64,000 nt of DNA from Spirosoma fluviale (GTDB lineage Bacteria > Bacteroidota > Bacteroidia > Cytophagales > Spirosomataceae): contig CAMBGA010000002.1 in NCBI GenBank assembly GCA_945866095.1, positions 6,734 to 70,733 of the forward strand. The letters are read 5' to 3'. The position numbers and the translations under genes were made by a program. The notes under the pieces were generated by a model. It worked only from the letters and a program-made list of their open reading frames with translations, was not told the origin of the DNA and did no database searches. This document shows positions 42,441 through 51,688 of this stretch, piece by piece (the first letter of the stretch is position 1; every line of letters begins with the position of its first letter).

Positions 42441-44146
42441 ATAGCTTTCAAAATTATTGAACTATTAGGAGTAATTTCTAAACTAATATTATTAGAATTT
42501 TTGTGTTTGTCATATACTACGGTAGGAGGGGTGAATACATGTTGAATCTCCCAATTTACATGATAATGACCCATTAATTCATAAGCTAAGTCAGGGATTA
42601 TAATTTCAACATAAAAAGTTTCCGTTGAATGAAAGTTATTAACAAACAAAAGTTTTTCTTCGTTTGTATATCGCAAATAAGAGTAAATAAATTTACTAGG
42701 ATAGCTTTCGCGTTGTACGTATTGTAAGTCGAAAAATTGGCCTATTTGTACAGCATTAGATTCTTTGACAAACTTAAATAAATGCTGATAAAATAAATCT
42801 AATTCTTTTTCTTGGCTTGTCAATAATTCATGATTAAACGCCCCATTGTTCAACCACCTTTGATGTGAATCAACACGCCAAAAATCAAACATGGTTGTTC
42901 GATCATCTGTCTCATTAAATCCTTCAATCTCATTCGCCTTTTCACCAAATTCCTGACCAAAATAGATCATAAAAGGCCCTCCATGTAATGTGGCAGTAAT
43001 CAACATGGCTGGAATTGTGGACCAAATATTATCTCCAGCAAAACCAGGAGAATTAATTCTTGTTTCATCGTGATTCTCTAAAAATCGCAACATTTTATTA
43101 GAAAATTCACCGGATTCTTGTTGCCAAACTTTAGTGATAGCACTTGTATGAGCATCATGTTTTTGTTCCATTAAACATCGTAATGAATCGTACAAACCTA
43201 CCTTATCGTACAAGTAATCAAAATGTCCCTTATGGATATAGTCTGGATATAAACTTGGTTGATATATTTCAGCTATAAAAATCAAATATGGATTAATCGA
43301 TTTTATTTTAGGAATGACAAAGGCCCAAAATTCAACAGGAACCATTTCAGCCATATCGCAACGAAAACCATCCACTCCAAAATTAGTCCAATAAGTTAAA
43401 ACCTCAAGCATTTTATGCCAAGTGTCTGGAATAGGATCAAAATGAATGTGCCCATTATTAGGGTAATCGATTCCATAATTTAATTTAACGGTTTCAAACC
43501 AATCGTGAATCGTAGGTTGTGATGAAAAAACATTATTTCCACTTGCTTTCGCGGGTATCTCAACATAAACCCCTGTATTTTTATCAATTTCAGCCTGATA
43601 GGGTACAGTAAATTCTGTTCCAGGTAAATAATAAAAATTATTTTGGGGAGAAAACGTAACATCATTTCGGTCATCAACACCAAAATCATTAACTCCTTCA
43701 GGTTTTATATTAGATTGATAATTTCTGGCTAAATGATTAGGCACAAAATCCAGTATAATTTTCAATTTATTTTCATGGATCCGTTCAACCATTGAATTAA
43801 ATTCAATTAATCGATCTTCAGGTTTATTGGCCAAAAATGGATTTACATCATAATAATCTTTGATGGCAAAAGGCGATCCACAACATCCTTTCACAATGGA
43901 GGGATGGTCTAAAGAACAACCATATTTCGAATAATCTTCTTTCGTAGCATGTTCGATGATTCCAGTAGTATATAAATGCGTAAAACCTTTATCGTGCAAT
44001 ACTTTTAAAGCCTTGTTAGAAACATCATTAAATTTTGTTGTACCATTCGTAATTGAATCTCCATTCTTTTGAGGATTTGTGGTTGTATTTCCCCACAGAT
44101 GAAACATCATCTGATAAATGATCAACTTATGTGTTTCGTTTGACAT
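42437..44146 (-). CDS. GH13 alpha-amylase-family glycoside hydrolase
   Basis: LDFVPNH, GFRCDMAE, IAEIY, FLENHDE catalytic regions. Confidence 0.9.
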   Translation of the reverse strand: MSNETHKLIIYQMMFHLWGNTTTNPQKNGDSITNGTTKFNDVSNKALKVLHDKGFTHLYTTGIIEHATKEDYSKYGCSLDHPSIVKGCCGSPFAIKDYYDVNPFLANKPEDRLIEFNSMVERIHENKLKIILDFVPNHLARNYQSNIKPEGVNDFGVDDRNDVTFSPQNNFYYLPGTEFTVPYQAEIDKNTGVYVEIPAKASGNNVFSSQPTIHDWFETVKLNYGIDYPNNGHIHFDPIPDTWHKMLEVLTYWTNFGVDGFRCDMAEMVPVEFWAFVIPKIKSINPYLIFIAEIYQPSLYPDYIHKGHFDYLYDKVGLYDSLRCLMEQKHDAHTSAITKVWQQESGEFSNKMLRFLENHDETRINSPGFAGDNIWSTIPAMLITATLHGGPFMIYFGQEFGEKANEIEGFNETDDRTTMFDFWRVDSHQRWLNNGAFNHELLTSQEKELDLFYQHLFKFVKESNAVQIGQFFDLQYVQRESYPSKFIYSYLRYTNEEKLLFVNNFHSTETFYVEIIIPDLAYELMGHYHVNWEIQHVFTPPTVVYDKHKNSNNISLEITPNSSIILKAI

Positions 44147-44225
44147 CTATTAAACAAAAAGCTTTAGATATTTTACAAAGATTTAAATATTTTAAGCGAT
44201 GTAAACCAAGAAATTATCAAGGCAA

Positions 44226-45224
44226 TTATTTTATTAAATCGACATCAGGTGTTGATTGATCCATTAAAGAGACTCTGCCTCGATCCTTTCTAGCAATTCG
44301 AGAGTAAAGACCAATTTCCTGACTAAATATAAATGTGAAAAATAATTTTACAAATGAGGTATGATAATGTAGATTATCGTAAAATTCAGGCGCAATATTC
44401 TTCAATTTTGGCAAATTATTCCATGGAATGGATGGCATATCATGATGCTCATTATGGAAACCTACATTCATATTAATTGAATTTAAACCACCATAATAAC
44501 TAAAAGTCTCTTGTTTTTTATCTAAAACTAAAAAATGCTCTTGTATCCACCTGGCACCTAGCGGATGAAGTCCCACAGAAAACAAAAAGCTAAATCCTAG
44601 GTAAGCTAATGCTGACCAACCCCAAAAGTAGACGATGGCTACATCAAATATTAATTGGACCACAATGTTCATAATGACATAACGATCAATAATAGCTAAT
44701 TCAATGCATCTAATGGTTCTAATACCTTGAAAAAATGGAAATAATAGTAACCAAATCATTTTTCCAATAAAATAATTATTAATCAATTTAGCTTCCCAAT
44801 AATCAGGTAAATCAGCATCTAATTCATGCACCCCTTGGAAAGCATGATGTTTTAAATGGAAGTTTTTAAAAGAAATGGCTGTAGGCGCCAAAGAAGGAAG
44901 ATTCGCAATAATTCCAGCAAATACATTCCAGGATTTATTCTTATAAATTAAGTTATGCGCCGATTCATGAATACAAACAAATAACGTATGCACAGGAAAA
45001 GCTCCTACAAACCAAGCAGCACCTAAGATGATCCACCAAGAATAATCTTTAATAAAATAAGCAATTCCAATTTGTAAAAATACGCATGTCAAAATCCAAT
45101 ACATCGTATTAGGATTCTTGCCAATTAATTTTTTTACCTCAGGGTGTTTTTTAATTATTTCCCGAGTCCTACTGCGATGTGGTTCAGACTCTTTAACCCA
45201 AATGAAATCATTCGATTCTTCCAT
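44226..45224 (-). CDS. Membrane desaturase, sphingolipid delta-4 desaturase (DES1/DEGS)-like
   Basis: His boxes HESAH, HLKHH, HNEHH; N-terminal DFIW...EPH..R...I...HPEVK resembles the Lipid_DES domain. Confidence 0.85.
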   Translation of the reverse strand: MEESNDFIWVKESEPHRSRTREIIKKHPEVKKLIGKNPNTMYWILTCVFLQIGIAYFIKDYSWWIILGAAWFVGAFPVHTLFVCIHESAHNLIYKNKSWNVFAGIIANLPSLAPTAISFKNFHLKHHAFQGVHELDADLPDYWEAKLINNYFIGKMIWLLLFPFFQGIRTIRCIELAIIDRYVIMNIVVQLIFDVAIVYFWGWSALAYLGFSFLFSVGLHPLGARWIQEHFLVLDKKQETFSYYGGLNSINMNVGFHNEHHDMPSIPWNNLPKLKNIAPEFYDNLHYHTSFVKLFFTFIFSQEIGLYSRIARKDRGRVSLMDQSTPDVDLIK

Positions 45225-45242
45225 GATAATTTTAAAATATTA

Positions 45243-45250
45243 CAAATATA
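45243..45250 (-). promoter_or_regulatory. -7 promoter box for the desaturase gene
   Basis: TATATTTG on minus strand, 18 nt before ATG. Confidence 0.55.
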
Positions 45251-45291
45251 ATAAGAGAAATATACTTTCTATTCTATATTCTTAAACTATG

Positions 45292-45343
45292 TGACAATAT
45301 GTCATAAATTGATGTGCAAAGATTTTATGGCATTATCCTTGTA
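45292..45343 (+). promoter_or_regulatory. Palindrome plus sigma54-like -24/-12 element upstream of dnaK
   Basis: TGACA-ATA-TGTCA at 45292-45304; TGGCATTATCCTTGTA at 45328-45343 versus consensus TGGCACG-N4-TTGCW. Confidence 0.6.
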
Positions 45344-45373
45344 GCATGTGGGCGAAATTAAATAAAATTAATC

Positions 45374-47260
45374 ATGGGAAAAATTATTGGAATTGATTTA
45401 GGTACCACCAACTCATGTGTGGCAGTTATGGAAGGTAGCGAGGCTGTTGTGATTGCAAATTCAGAAGGACGTAGAACAACACCTTCAATCGTTGCATTTT
45501 TGGATAATGGCGAACGCAAAGTAGGGGATCCCGCTAAACGTCAAGCGATTACAAATCCACAAAATACTATATCGTCAGTAAAAAGATTTATGGGTAAAAA
45601 GTACTCTGAAGTTAGTTCAGAGTTAAAAACCATTTCATATACTGTAGAACAAGGTAATAATGATACACCTCGAGTAAGAATTGGTGATCGACTTTATACT
45701 CCACAAGAAATATCAGCACAAATTTTGACTAAAATGAAGCAAACAGCTGAAGATTATTTAGGACAAACTGTGACAGAAGCGGTTATCACGGTGCCAGCCT
45801 ATTTTAATGATGCTGAACGTCAAGCTACGAAAGAAGCAGGTCAAATTGCTGGACTTGAAGTAAAAAGAATTATAAACGAGCCTACAGCAGCTGCACTAGC
45901 ATATGGTGTGGATAAAAAAGGACAGGATATGAAAATAGCTGTCTTTGATTTAGGTGGAGGTACTTTTGACGTGTCTATCTTAGAATTAGGAGATGGAGTA
46001 TTTGAAGTGAAGTCAACAGATGGTGATACCCACCTTGGTGGAGATGATTTTGATCAAGTCATTATCAACTGGCTTGCTGAGGAATTCATTTCAGATGAAA
46101 ATATAGATCTACGTAAAGATCCGATGGCACTCCAACGGTTAAAAGAAGCTGCTGAAAAGGCAAAAATCGAATTGAGTTCTAGTGCAACAACAGAAATCAA
46201 TTTACCTTATATTATGCCAGTAGATGGCATTCCTAAACATTTAGTTCGTTCATTAACAAGAGCTAAATTTGAACAATTGGCAGACAGTTTAATTCGCCGT
46301 ACGTTAGAACCTTGTAAGCGTGCGATGAAAAACGCATCTTATTCGAATGCGGATATAGACGAAGTAATTTTAGTGGGTGGTTCAACACGTATCCCTAGAA
46401 TTCAAGAAGAAGTAGAAAAATTCTTTGGTAAAAAACCATCCAAAGGAGTTAATCCAGATGAAGTGGTAGCCATTGGTGCAGCTATTCAAGGGGGTGTTTT
46501 AACGGGTGAAGTTAAAGACGTATTATTACTAGATGTAACACCATTATCCTTAGGTATTGAAACGATGGGAGGGGTATTCACTAAATTAATCGAATCAAAT
46601 ACAACTATACCAACTAAAAAATCTGAAACTTTTTCTACTGCAGCAGATAATCAACCCTCTGTGGAGTTAAATGTATTGCAAGGAGAAAGACCTATGGCTA
46701 AAGATAATCGTTCTTTAGGTCGTTTCCATTTAGATGGATTACCACCGGCAGCTAGAGGAATTCCTCAAATAGAAGTAACCTTTGACATTGACGCAAATGG
46801 AATCTTACAGGTTTCTGCAAAAGAAAAAGGTACAGGAAAAGAGCAAAAAATTAGAATTGAAGCTTCTAGTGGTTTGACTGATGAAGAAATTGAGAAAATG
46901 AGGAATGAAGCAAAAGCAAATGAAGCAACAGACAAGATTGAAAAAGATCGCGTCGAGAAAGTTAATCAAGCGGATGCTTTAATTTTTCAATCTGAAAAGC
47001 AATTGAAAGAATATGGTGAAAAATTATCTGAAGGTAATAAATCAGCCATAGAAGGAGCTTTATCTGAATTGAAAATAGCTCATGCTTCTCAAGATTTAAC
47101 GTCAATCGACTCAGGAATTGAAAAGTTAAATACAGCTTGGACTGCTGCTTCACAAGAAATGTATGCTAATACACAAGAAGGTGGAGATCAGCCGTCACAA
47201 AATGCAGAAACACCAGCAGATGATTCAGCTGAAGATGTAGCTTTTGAAGAAGTTAAATAA
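45374..47260 (+). CDS. dnaK: Chaperone DnaK (Hsp70)
   Basis: [26 protein letters not shown]-terminal DVAFEEVK. Confidence 0.99.
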   Translation: MGKIIGIDLGTTNSCVAVMEGSEAVVIANSEGRRTTPSIVAFLDNGERKVGDPAKRQAITNPQNTISSVKRFMGKKYSEVSSELKTISYTVEQGNNDTPRVRIGDRLYTPQEISAQILTKMKQTAEDYLGQTVTEAVITVPAYFNDAERQATKEAGQIAGLEVKRIINEPTAAALAYGVDKKGQDMKIAVFDLGGGTFDVSILELGDGVFEVKSTDGDTHLGGDDFDQVIINWLAEEFISDENIDLRKDPMALQRLKEAAEKAKIELSSSATTEINLPYIMPVDGIPKHLVRSLTRAKFEQLADSLIRRTLEPCKRAMKNASYSNADIDEVILVGGSTRIPRIQEEVEKFFGKKPSKGVNPDEVVAIGAAIQGGVLTGEVKDVLLLDVTPLSLGIETMGGVFTKLIESNTTIPTKKSETFSTAADNQPSVELNVLQGERPMAKDNRSLGRFHLDGLPPAARGIPQIEVTFDIDANGILQVSAKEKGTGKEQKIRIEASSGLTDEEIEKMRNEAKANEATDKIEKDRVEKVNQADALIFQSEKQLKEYGEKLSEGNKSAIEGALSELKIAHASQDLTSIDSGIEKLNTAWTAASQEMYANTQEGGDQPSQNAETPADDSAEDVAFEEVK

Positions 47261-47277
47261 ATTATTTTAATTATGTT

Positions 47278-47310
47278 AAAAGGTTCCTTTGTAAAAAAGG
47301 AACCTTTTTT
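47278..47310. terminator. Bidirectional intrinsic terminator
   Basis: AAAAGGTTCCTTT-GTAAA-AAAGGAACCTTTT between convergent genes. Confidence 0.85.
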
Positions 47311-48075
47311 TTATCCTTTAGCAGCCACAATTCCATCCCAAAGTTTTATTCTTGCTTGGAGTGAATTAATTGCGGCATCTGTAGCACGTTTCCAGGCTTT
47401 AGGATCATCCTGGCATAATTGAGAAACCATAGATGTAGCTAAATGAGAATGATGACCACCATCCACTTCTATATGCCTTTCTAAATAATACATTAATGTC
47501 TTTATCTTATCAGGAGATTGTATTCTTAATTGATCTAAAATTAACTGAAACATTTCTGGGATTAAATCTTCTCTTCCAAAAGTAAAAATAGCTGCTATCT
47601 CTTCAATTTCTCCATTCAAAATACTTGAGAAAGTAAACGTTAAAAAATCAGTAATGCTTGTTGGCAAATTAAATGAAGGTAGCGCTATGAGAAACTCCTC
47701 TACTGATTTGAATTGTTTAAAAGCTGATAGAGCAGGAGGGGGCATAATAGCTAATTCATCCATAGCTCTCAAATATAAATCAAAATGACTGATGTAACCA
47801 CCATTAGGATCTATATCAGACTCCTCACCGAGTACAATTTCATTGATTAAATACCTAGTTTCCCCTGAACCCTTTGGAAACCATAGAGCATCCACAGAGG
47901 TTAACTCCACTTGTAACTTTTTAACTAAGGACATAAAATCCCATACTGCAAATACATGATTCTGCATGAATATAGATAAATGCTCTTGAGATATAATGTA
48001 TGAATTAATCGGATGGTTTCTTAAAATCTTTTTGAAAGGTTCTATACTTTTTTGTAATTCTATTAAATGCGACAT
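47311..48075 (-). CDS. DUF3050 family, heme-oxygenase-like (probable diiron) protein
   Basis: FMQNHVFAVWDFMSL, INEIVLGEESD, SHFDLYL, FGREDLIPEMF, YYLERHIEVDG.HH. Confidence 0.85.
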   Translation of the reverse strand: MSHLIELQKSIEPFKKILRNHPINSYIISQEHLSIFMQNHVFAVWDFMSLVKKLQVELTSVDALWFPKGSGETRYLINEIVLGEESDIDPNGGYISHFDLYLRAMDELAIMPPPALSAFKQFKSVEEFLIALPSFNLPTSITDFLTFTFSSILNGEIEEIAAIFTFGREDLIPEMFQLILDQLRIQSPDKIKTLMYYLERHIEVDGGHHSHLATSMVSQLCQDDPKAWKRATDAAINSLQARIKLWDGIVAAKG

Positions 48076-48076
48076 G

Positions 48077-49126
48077 TTACTTAGTATGAATGGGTTTTAT
48101 TCGATTTTTTAATGAACTTCCGTCTCTAGAGCTATTATAAGCAATAATTTCAGAAACAATTGACAATGCAATTTCATTAGGACCTTCTGCTCCGATATCT
48201 AAACCAATAGGACCGAAAAAGCACTTATCACTTATATTAACAGACAATAATTCTAATTGTTTTATGATTTTCTGCATTCTTTTTAATGGGCCCAAAATGC
48301 CAACGTAACCTTTGAAATTGATGGAGATCAAATGCGTTAAAATTGCCACATCTCGATCAAAGTCATGGGTCAATAAAACAATTGCATCATTATTTTTAAT
48401 GGCACATGCATCATCCCAATGAAAATAGGATTGAACCTTATTCTTAAGTAAAGAACTCATTTTTAATGGATTACCGACCCAACAAACATCCCAAGAAAGA
48501 AAATCACAAAGTTCAATAAGGCTAGACGAATCAAATAAATTCCCATAAAGTACGATCTTAGGTATTGCAGGTAAATATTCGACAAATATTAGTTCGCTTT
48601 CTAATGCGAGTAATTTTGATTGATGATGAATAAGTACCTCGTCCGCATCTTCTTTTGACAAAACAGAAACAAAAGGTTTGGTAGAATTAATTTGTACAAA
48701 AGCTGAATGAGTAGAATTTAAATGGAAGGAATGTTCTAAAATTGTTGGCTCAGAACTTTGAAGATGAGCATTAAGCAATTCAAATAAGTATTTTGCATAT
48801 TCTAGATCAGGACTAATTAAAATTTCAATAAGGCCATTGCAACCTAATCCTATTCCTAATTCAAACGGATCATCTTCTCGAGTATCATATTTGACTAATT
48901 TATTTTGATTGCTAAGCATCGACATTTGAGCCTTTTTTAACATATCACCTTCAAGGCATCCGCCACTGATTCCACCGTGCCAATCGCCGTTTTCATTAAT
49001 TAACATCCTTGCACCTGGCCGCCTATAAGCTGAACCATCTACATTGACAACGATCGCAATGGCAAATTTGGCCCCAGACTGAATATACAATGATAGTTGG
49101 CCTACAAATAACTTTATCTCTTTCAC
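48077..49126 (-). CDS. xdhC: XdhC/CoxI-family molybdoenzyme maturation factor
   Basis: GSAYRRPGARM, ISGGCLE, LGLGCNG, LTHDF..D, PIGLDIGAEGPNEIALSI. Confidence 0.85.
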   Translation of the reverse strand: MKEIKLFVGQLSLYIQSGAKFAIAIVVNVDGSAYRRPGARMLINENGDWHGGISGGCLEGDMLKKAQMSMLSNQNKLVKYDTREDDPFELGIGLGCNGLIEILISPDLEYAKYLFELLNAHLQSSEPTILEHSFHLNSTHSAFVQINSTKPFVSVLSKEDADEVLIHHQSKLLALESELIFVEYLPAIPKIVLYGNLFDSSSLIELCDFLSWDVCWVGNPLKMSSLLKNKVQSYFHWDDACAIKNNDAIVLLTHDFDRDVAILTHLISINFKGYVGILGPLKRMQKIIKQLELLSVNISDKCFFGPIGLDIGAEGPNEIALSIVSEIIAYNSSRDGSSLKNRIKPIHTK

Positions 49127-50253
49127 ACCAATAGTTTTTTTAATTTTTCATTTAAATAATGGATCAAAAAATCAATTTCCTTTTCAGTCGTCATGTAACT
49201 TAATGAAATTCGAAGCGTACTTAAGGCCAAATCTCTTTTATGTCCCAGCGCTGTTAACACATGAGAAGGGTTTGTGGCCTTCACATTACATGCTGAACCA
49301 TTGGAAATGGCTATAGTCGTCAATGAATTAAACAAATCTTCCCAATGAACACCATTCACAGACATGCTTAGAATGGATGAAATGTTGCTTGGGCTTTTAG
49401 AATTAATCAAAATACTATTTTTGAAGTTACTTAAAAGTGCCTCCTTAATTCTAAGATTAAAGCCAAGAAGCTTTTGATCAAAACTTAATATCTCAGGTAA
49501 ATAAGTAAATGCGTACCCAAGACCTACAATAAGTGGAACGGGTAATGTTCCTGACCTGATTCCGCGCTCCTGTCCACCTCCATCAAATAGAGCGTTAATT
49601 TTAATATTGTTATTGACCAATAAACCACCTATTCCCTTAGGAGCATAAATCTTATGTCCTGAAAAACTCATTAAATGAGGTAAACCTTTTAAGTCCAATT
49701 TGATTTTACCAATCGCTTGGGTAGCGTCAGAATGAAAGCATACAGCGTGATCGTCACATATTTGTTTAAAAGCAACATAATCTGAAATAGTCCCTATTTC
49801 ATTATTGACCATCATAAGTGAAACCAAAATGGTGTCATCTTGTAAGGCGTTCATTAAATCTTCTTTGGTTATTTGACCCAACTCATTAGGCGTCAAATAA
49901 GTAACTGAGTAGCCATCTTTCTCTAAATGACTAAATATTTCTAAAACAGCTTTATGTTCTATCGTTGACGTAATTAAATGCCCCTTGGGTTTACCTTTTA
50001 AATAACCTTTAATTGCCAAGTTATTGGATTCAGTAGCACCGGAGGTGTAAATAATGGAACTTGGTTTTACATCAAAAAAATCAGCAATTTGATTTCTAGA
50101 TAGGTCGATCGCCTCTTGAGCCAACCAACCAAAATGATGTAAATTAGAGCCTGCATTCCCATATAGTGTAGAAAAATATGGCAACATCTTATTTAATACT
50201 TCGGAACGAACGGGAGTAGTAGAAGCGTAATCGAAATATAAGGGTAAATTCAT
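49123..50253 (-). CDS. Cysteine desulfurase, group I (IscS/NifS-like)
   Basis: YFDYASTTP, TSGATESNN, NNEIG, SGHKIY PLP lysine, RSGT, GSAC catalytic Cys. Confidence 0.92.
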   Translation of the reverse strand: MNLPLYFDYASTTPVRSEVLNKMLPYFSTLYGNAGSNLHHFGWLAQEAIDLSRNQIADFFDVKPSSIIYTSGATESNNLAIKGYLKGKPKGHLITSTIEHKAVLEIFSHLEKDGYSVTYLTPNELGQITKEDLMNALQDDTILVSLMMVNNEIGTISDYVAFKQICDDHAVCFHSDATQAIGKIKLDLKGLPHLMSFSGHKIYAPKGIGGLLVNNNIKINALFDGGGQERGIRSGTLPVPLIVGLGYAFTYLPEILSFDQKLLGFNLRIKEALLSNFKNSILINSKSPSNISSILSMSVNGVHWEDLFNSLTTIAISNGSACNVKATNPSHVLTALGHKRDLALSTLRISLSYMTTEKEIDFLIHYLNEKLKKLLV

Positions 50254-50271
50254 TTGTTACAGGAGATGCAA

Positions 50272-50279
50272 CAAAGATA
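50272..50279 (-). promoter_or_regulatory. -7 promoter box for the desulfurase-xdhC-DUF3050 operon
   Basis: TATCTTTG on minus strand, just downstream of the rplT terminator and 18 nt before ATG. Confidence 0.6.
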
Positions 50280-50284
50280 AGTGT

Positions 50285-50320
50285 AAAAAAAAAGTCCCGA
50301 ATGTTTCCGGGACTTTTTTT
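50285..50320 (-). terminator. Intrinsic terminator after rplT
   Basis: AAAAGTCCCG-N8-CGGGACTTTT with flanking A/T runs. Confidence 0.85.
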
Positions 50321-50664
50321 TATGATAATTTAGATAGAACAGCTTTGAAAGCATCAGGATGATTCATGGCTAAATCTGCGAGTACTTTGCGATTTAACGT
50401 CATACCTGATTTGTTATATTTACCCATGAAAGCTGAATAGGATAAACCTTCTTGTCTTGCTGCAGCATTAATACGCTGAATCCAAAGTCCACGAAAATCT
50501 CTCTTCTTAACTTTACGATCGCGATATGCATATTGCAAACCTTTTTCTACTTTGTTTTTAGCGACTGTCCAAACGTTTTTTCCTCTTCCGAAAAAACCTT
50601 TCGCTAATTTTAAAATCTTTTTCCTCCTAGCTCTTGAAGCTACATGATTGACACTACGTGGCAT
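50320..50664 (-). CDS. rplT: 50S ribosomal protein L20
   Basis: MPRS...AKGF.G...YAYRDRK..KRDFR.LWI.RINAA. Confidence 0.98.
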   Translation of the reverse strand: MPRSVNHVASRARRKKILKLAKGFFGRGKNVWTVAKNKVEKGLQYAYRDRKVKKRDFRGLWIQRINAAARQEGLSYSAFMGKYNKSGMTLNRKVLADLAMNHPDAFKAVLSKLS

Positions 50665-50681
50665 AACTAAATTTGTTTTTT

Positions 50682-50722
50682 GAATTCAGGCGGCTCATTT
50701 TGAACACTTTTTGCCTTAATTC
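50682..50722 (-). ncRNA. Candidate structured cis-regulatory RNA directly upstream of rplT
   Basis: Minus strand GAATTAAGGC...GCCTGAATTC outer stem (9 of 10 pairs) enclosing GTTCA-AAA-TGAGC hairpin. Confidence 0.45.
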
Positions 50723-50747
50723 TGGTTGAACAATAACTAAAAACTGA

Positions 50748-50945
50748 TTATTTAAGTCCTAATAATAAACTTACACGGCCCATATCAGAAGGGGAAACTA
50801 AAGTAGCATGAACTAAATTACGCTTTTGTTTAGTTGTTTTTTTTGTCAGGATATGGCTATGAAAAGCGTGTTTACGCTTTATCTTTCCAGTTCCTGTAAC
50901 TTTGAAACGCTTTTTTGCTCCAGAGTTGGTTTTAATTTTTGGCAT
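50748..50945 (-). CDS. rpmI: 50S ribosomal protein L35
   Basis: [22 protein letters not shown]; true start is ATG at 50945, not the upstream ORF-track start. Confidence 0.97.
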   Translation of the reverse strand: MPKIKTNSGAKKRFKVTGTGKIKRKHAFHSHILTKKTTKQKRNLVHATLVSPSDMGRVSLLLGLK

Positions 50946-50977
50946 TCTATTATGTATTAAATGTAAAAATTGGAATG

Positions 50978-50985
50978 CAAAAGTA
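50978..50985 (-). promoter_or_regulatory. Internal -7 promoter box for rpmI-rplT
   Basis: TACTTTTG on minus strand between infC and rpmI. Confidence 0.6.
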
Positions 50986-51020
50986 AAAAAATTACCTTGA
51001 AATTCCACTATATGAAAAAC

Positions 51021-51581
51021 TTATTTTTTTTGAGCTTTGGGAGTAAATATGATGCTCATTCTCTTCCCTTCTAATTTTGGCATGTCATCGGGTTTACCCA
51101 CCTCTTCAAGTCCCTTTGCAAAATTCAATAATAGCATTTCTCCTCTTTCTTTAAATACAATGGTCCTGCCGACAAAATGTACATAGGCCTTTACCTTTGC
51201 ACCCTCTTTAAGAAAATTAACGGCATGTTTTAATTTGAAATTAAAATCATGTTCATCCGTGTTAGGGCCAAATCGAATTTCTTTGATGACCGTTTTGGTT
51301 GCATTTGCCTTAATTTCCTTTTGCTTTTTCTTTTGATCATACTTGAATTTTGCATAATCAATAACTTTACAGACTGGGGGAACAGCATTTGGGGAGATTT
51401 CAACTAAATCTAAACTTTGTGCTTCTGCAAGTTCAATAGCTTTAGAGAACGGATATACTCCTTGTTCAATATTTTCTCCTACTAATCTAACTTCTTCTAC
51501 CCCGCGAATTAATTGATTAATTCGATAAGGTTCTTCTTCTCTTCTATTTCCTCGGTAATTGTTATTGGGGCGTAAAGCCAT
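51021..51581 (-). CDS. infC: Translation initiation factor IF-3
   Basis: [37 protein letters not shown]. Confidence 0.97.
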   Translation of the reverse strand: MALRPNNNYRGNRREEEPYRINQLIRGVEEVRLVGENIEQGVYPFSKAIELAEAQSLDLVEISPNAVPPVCKVIDYAKFKYDQKKKQKEIKANATKTVIKEIRFGPNTDEHDFNFKLKHAVNFLKEGAKVKAYVHFVGRTIVFKERGEMLLLNFAKGLEEVGKPDDMPKLEGKRMSIIFTPKAQKK

Positions 51582-51688
51582 AAATTATTGTTTATTTTTA
51601 ATGTTTAATTAAATCAATTCGAAATTTAGTTCAAAAATCACGTATTTACAAACTTCTACCTAGTATCCTGGGTAAAATAACTAAATTA

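Noticed and set aside
50946-51008. N-terminal extension of L35 in the ORF track
   Set aside because: Canonical MPK start at 50945; the extension covers a promoter box
51582-51688. thrS-infC spacer as a regulatory leader; non-AUG infC start
   Set aside because: Only a weak hairpin with a mismatch on the coding strand; infC has an ordinary ATG
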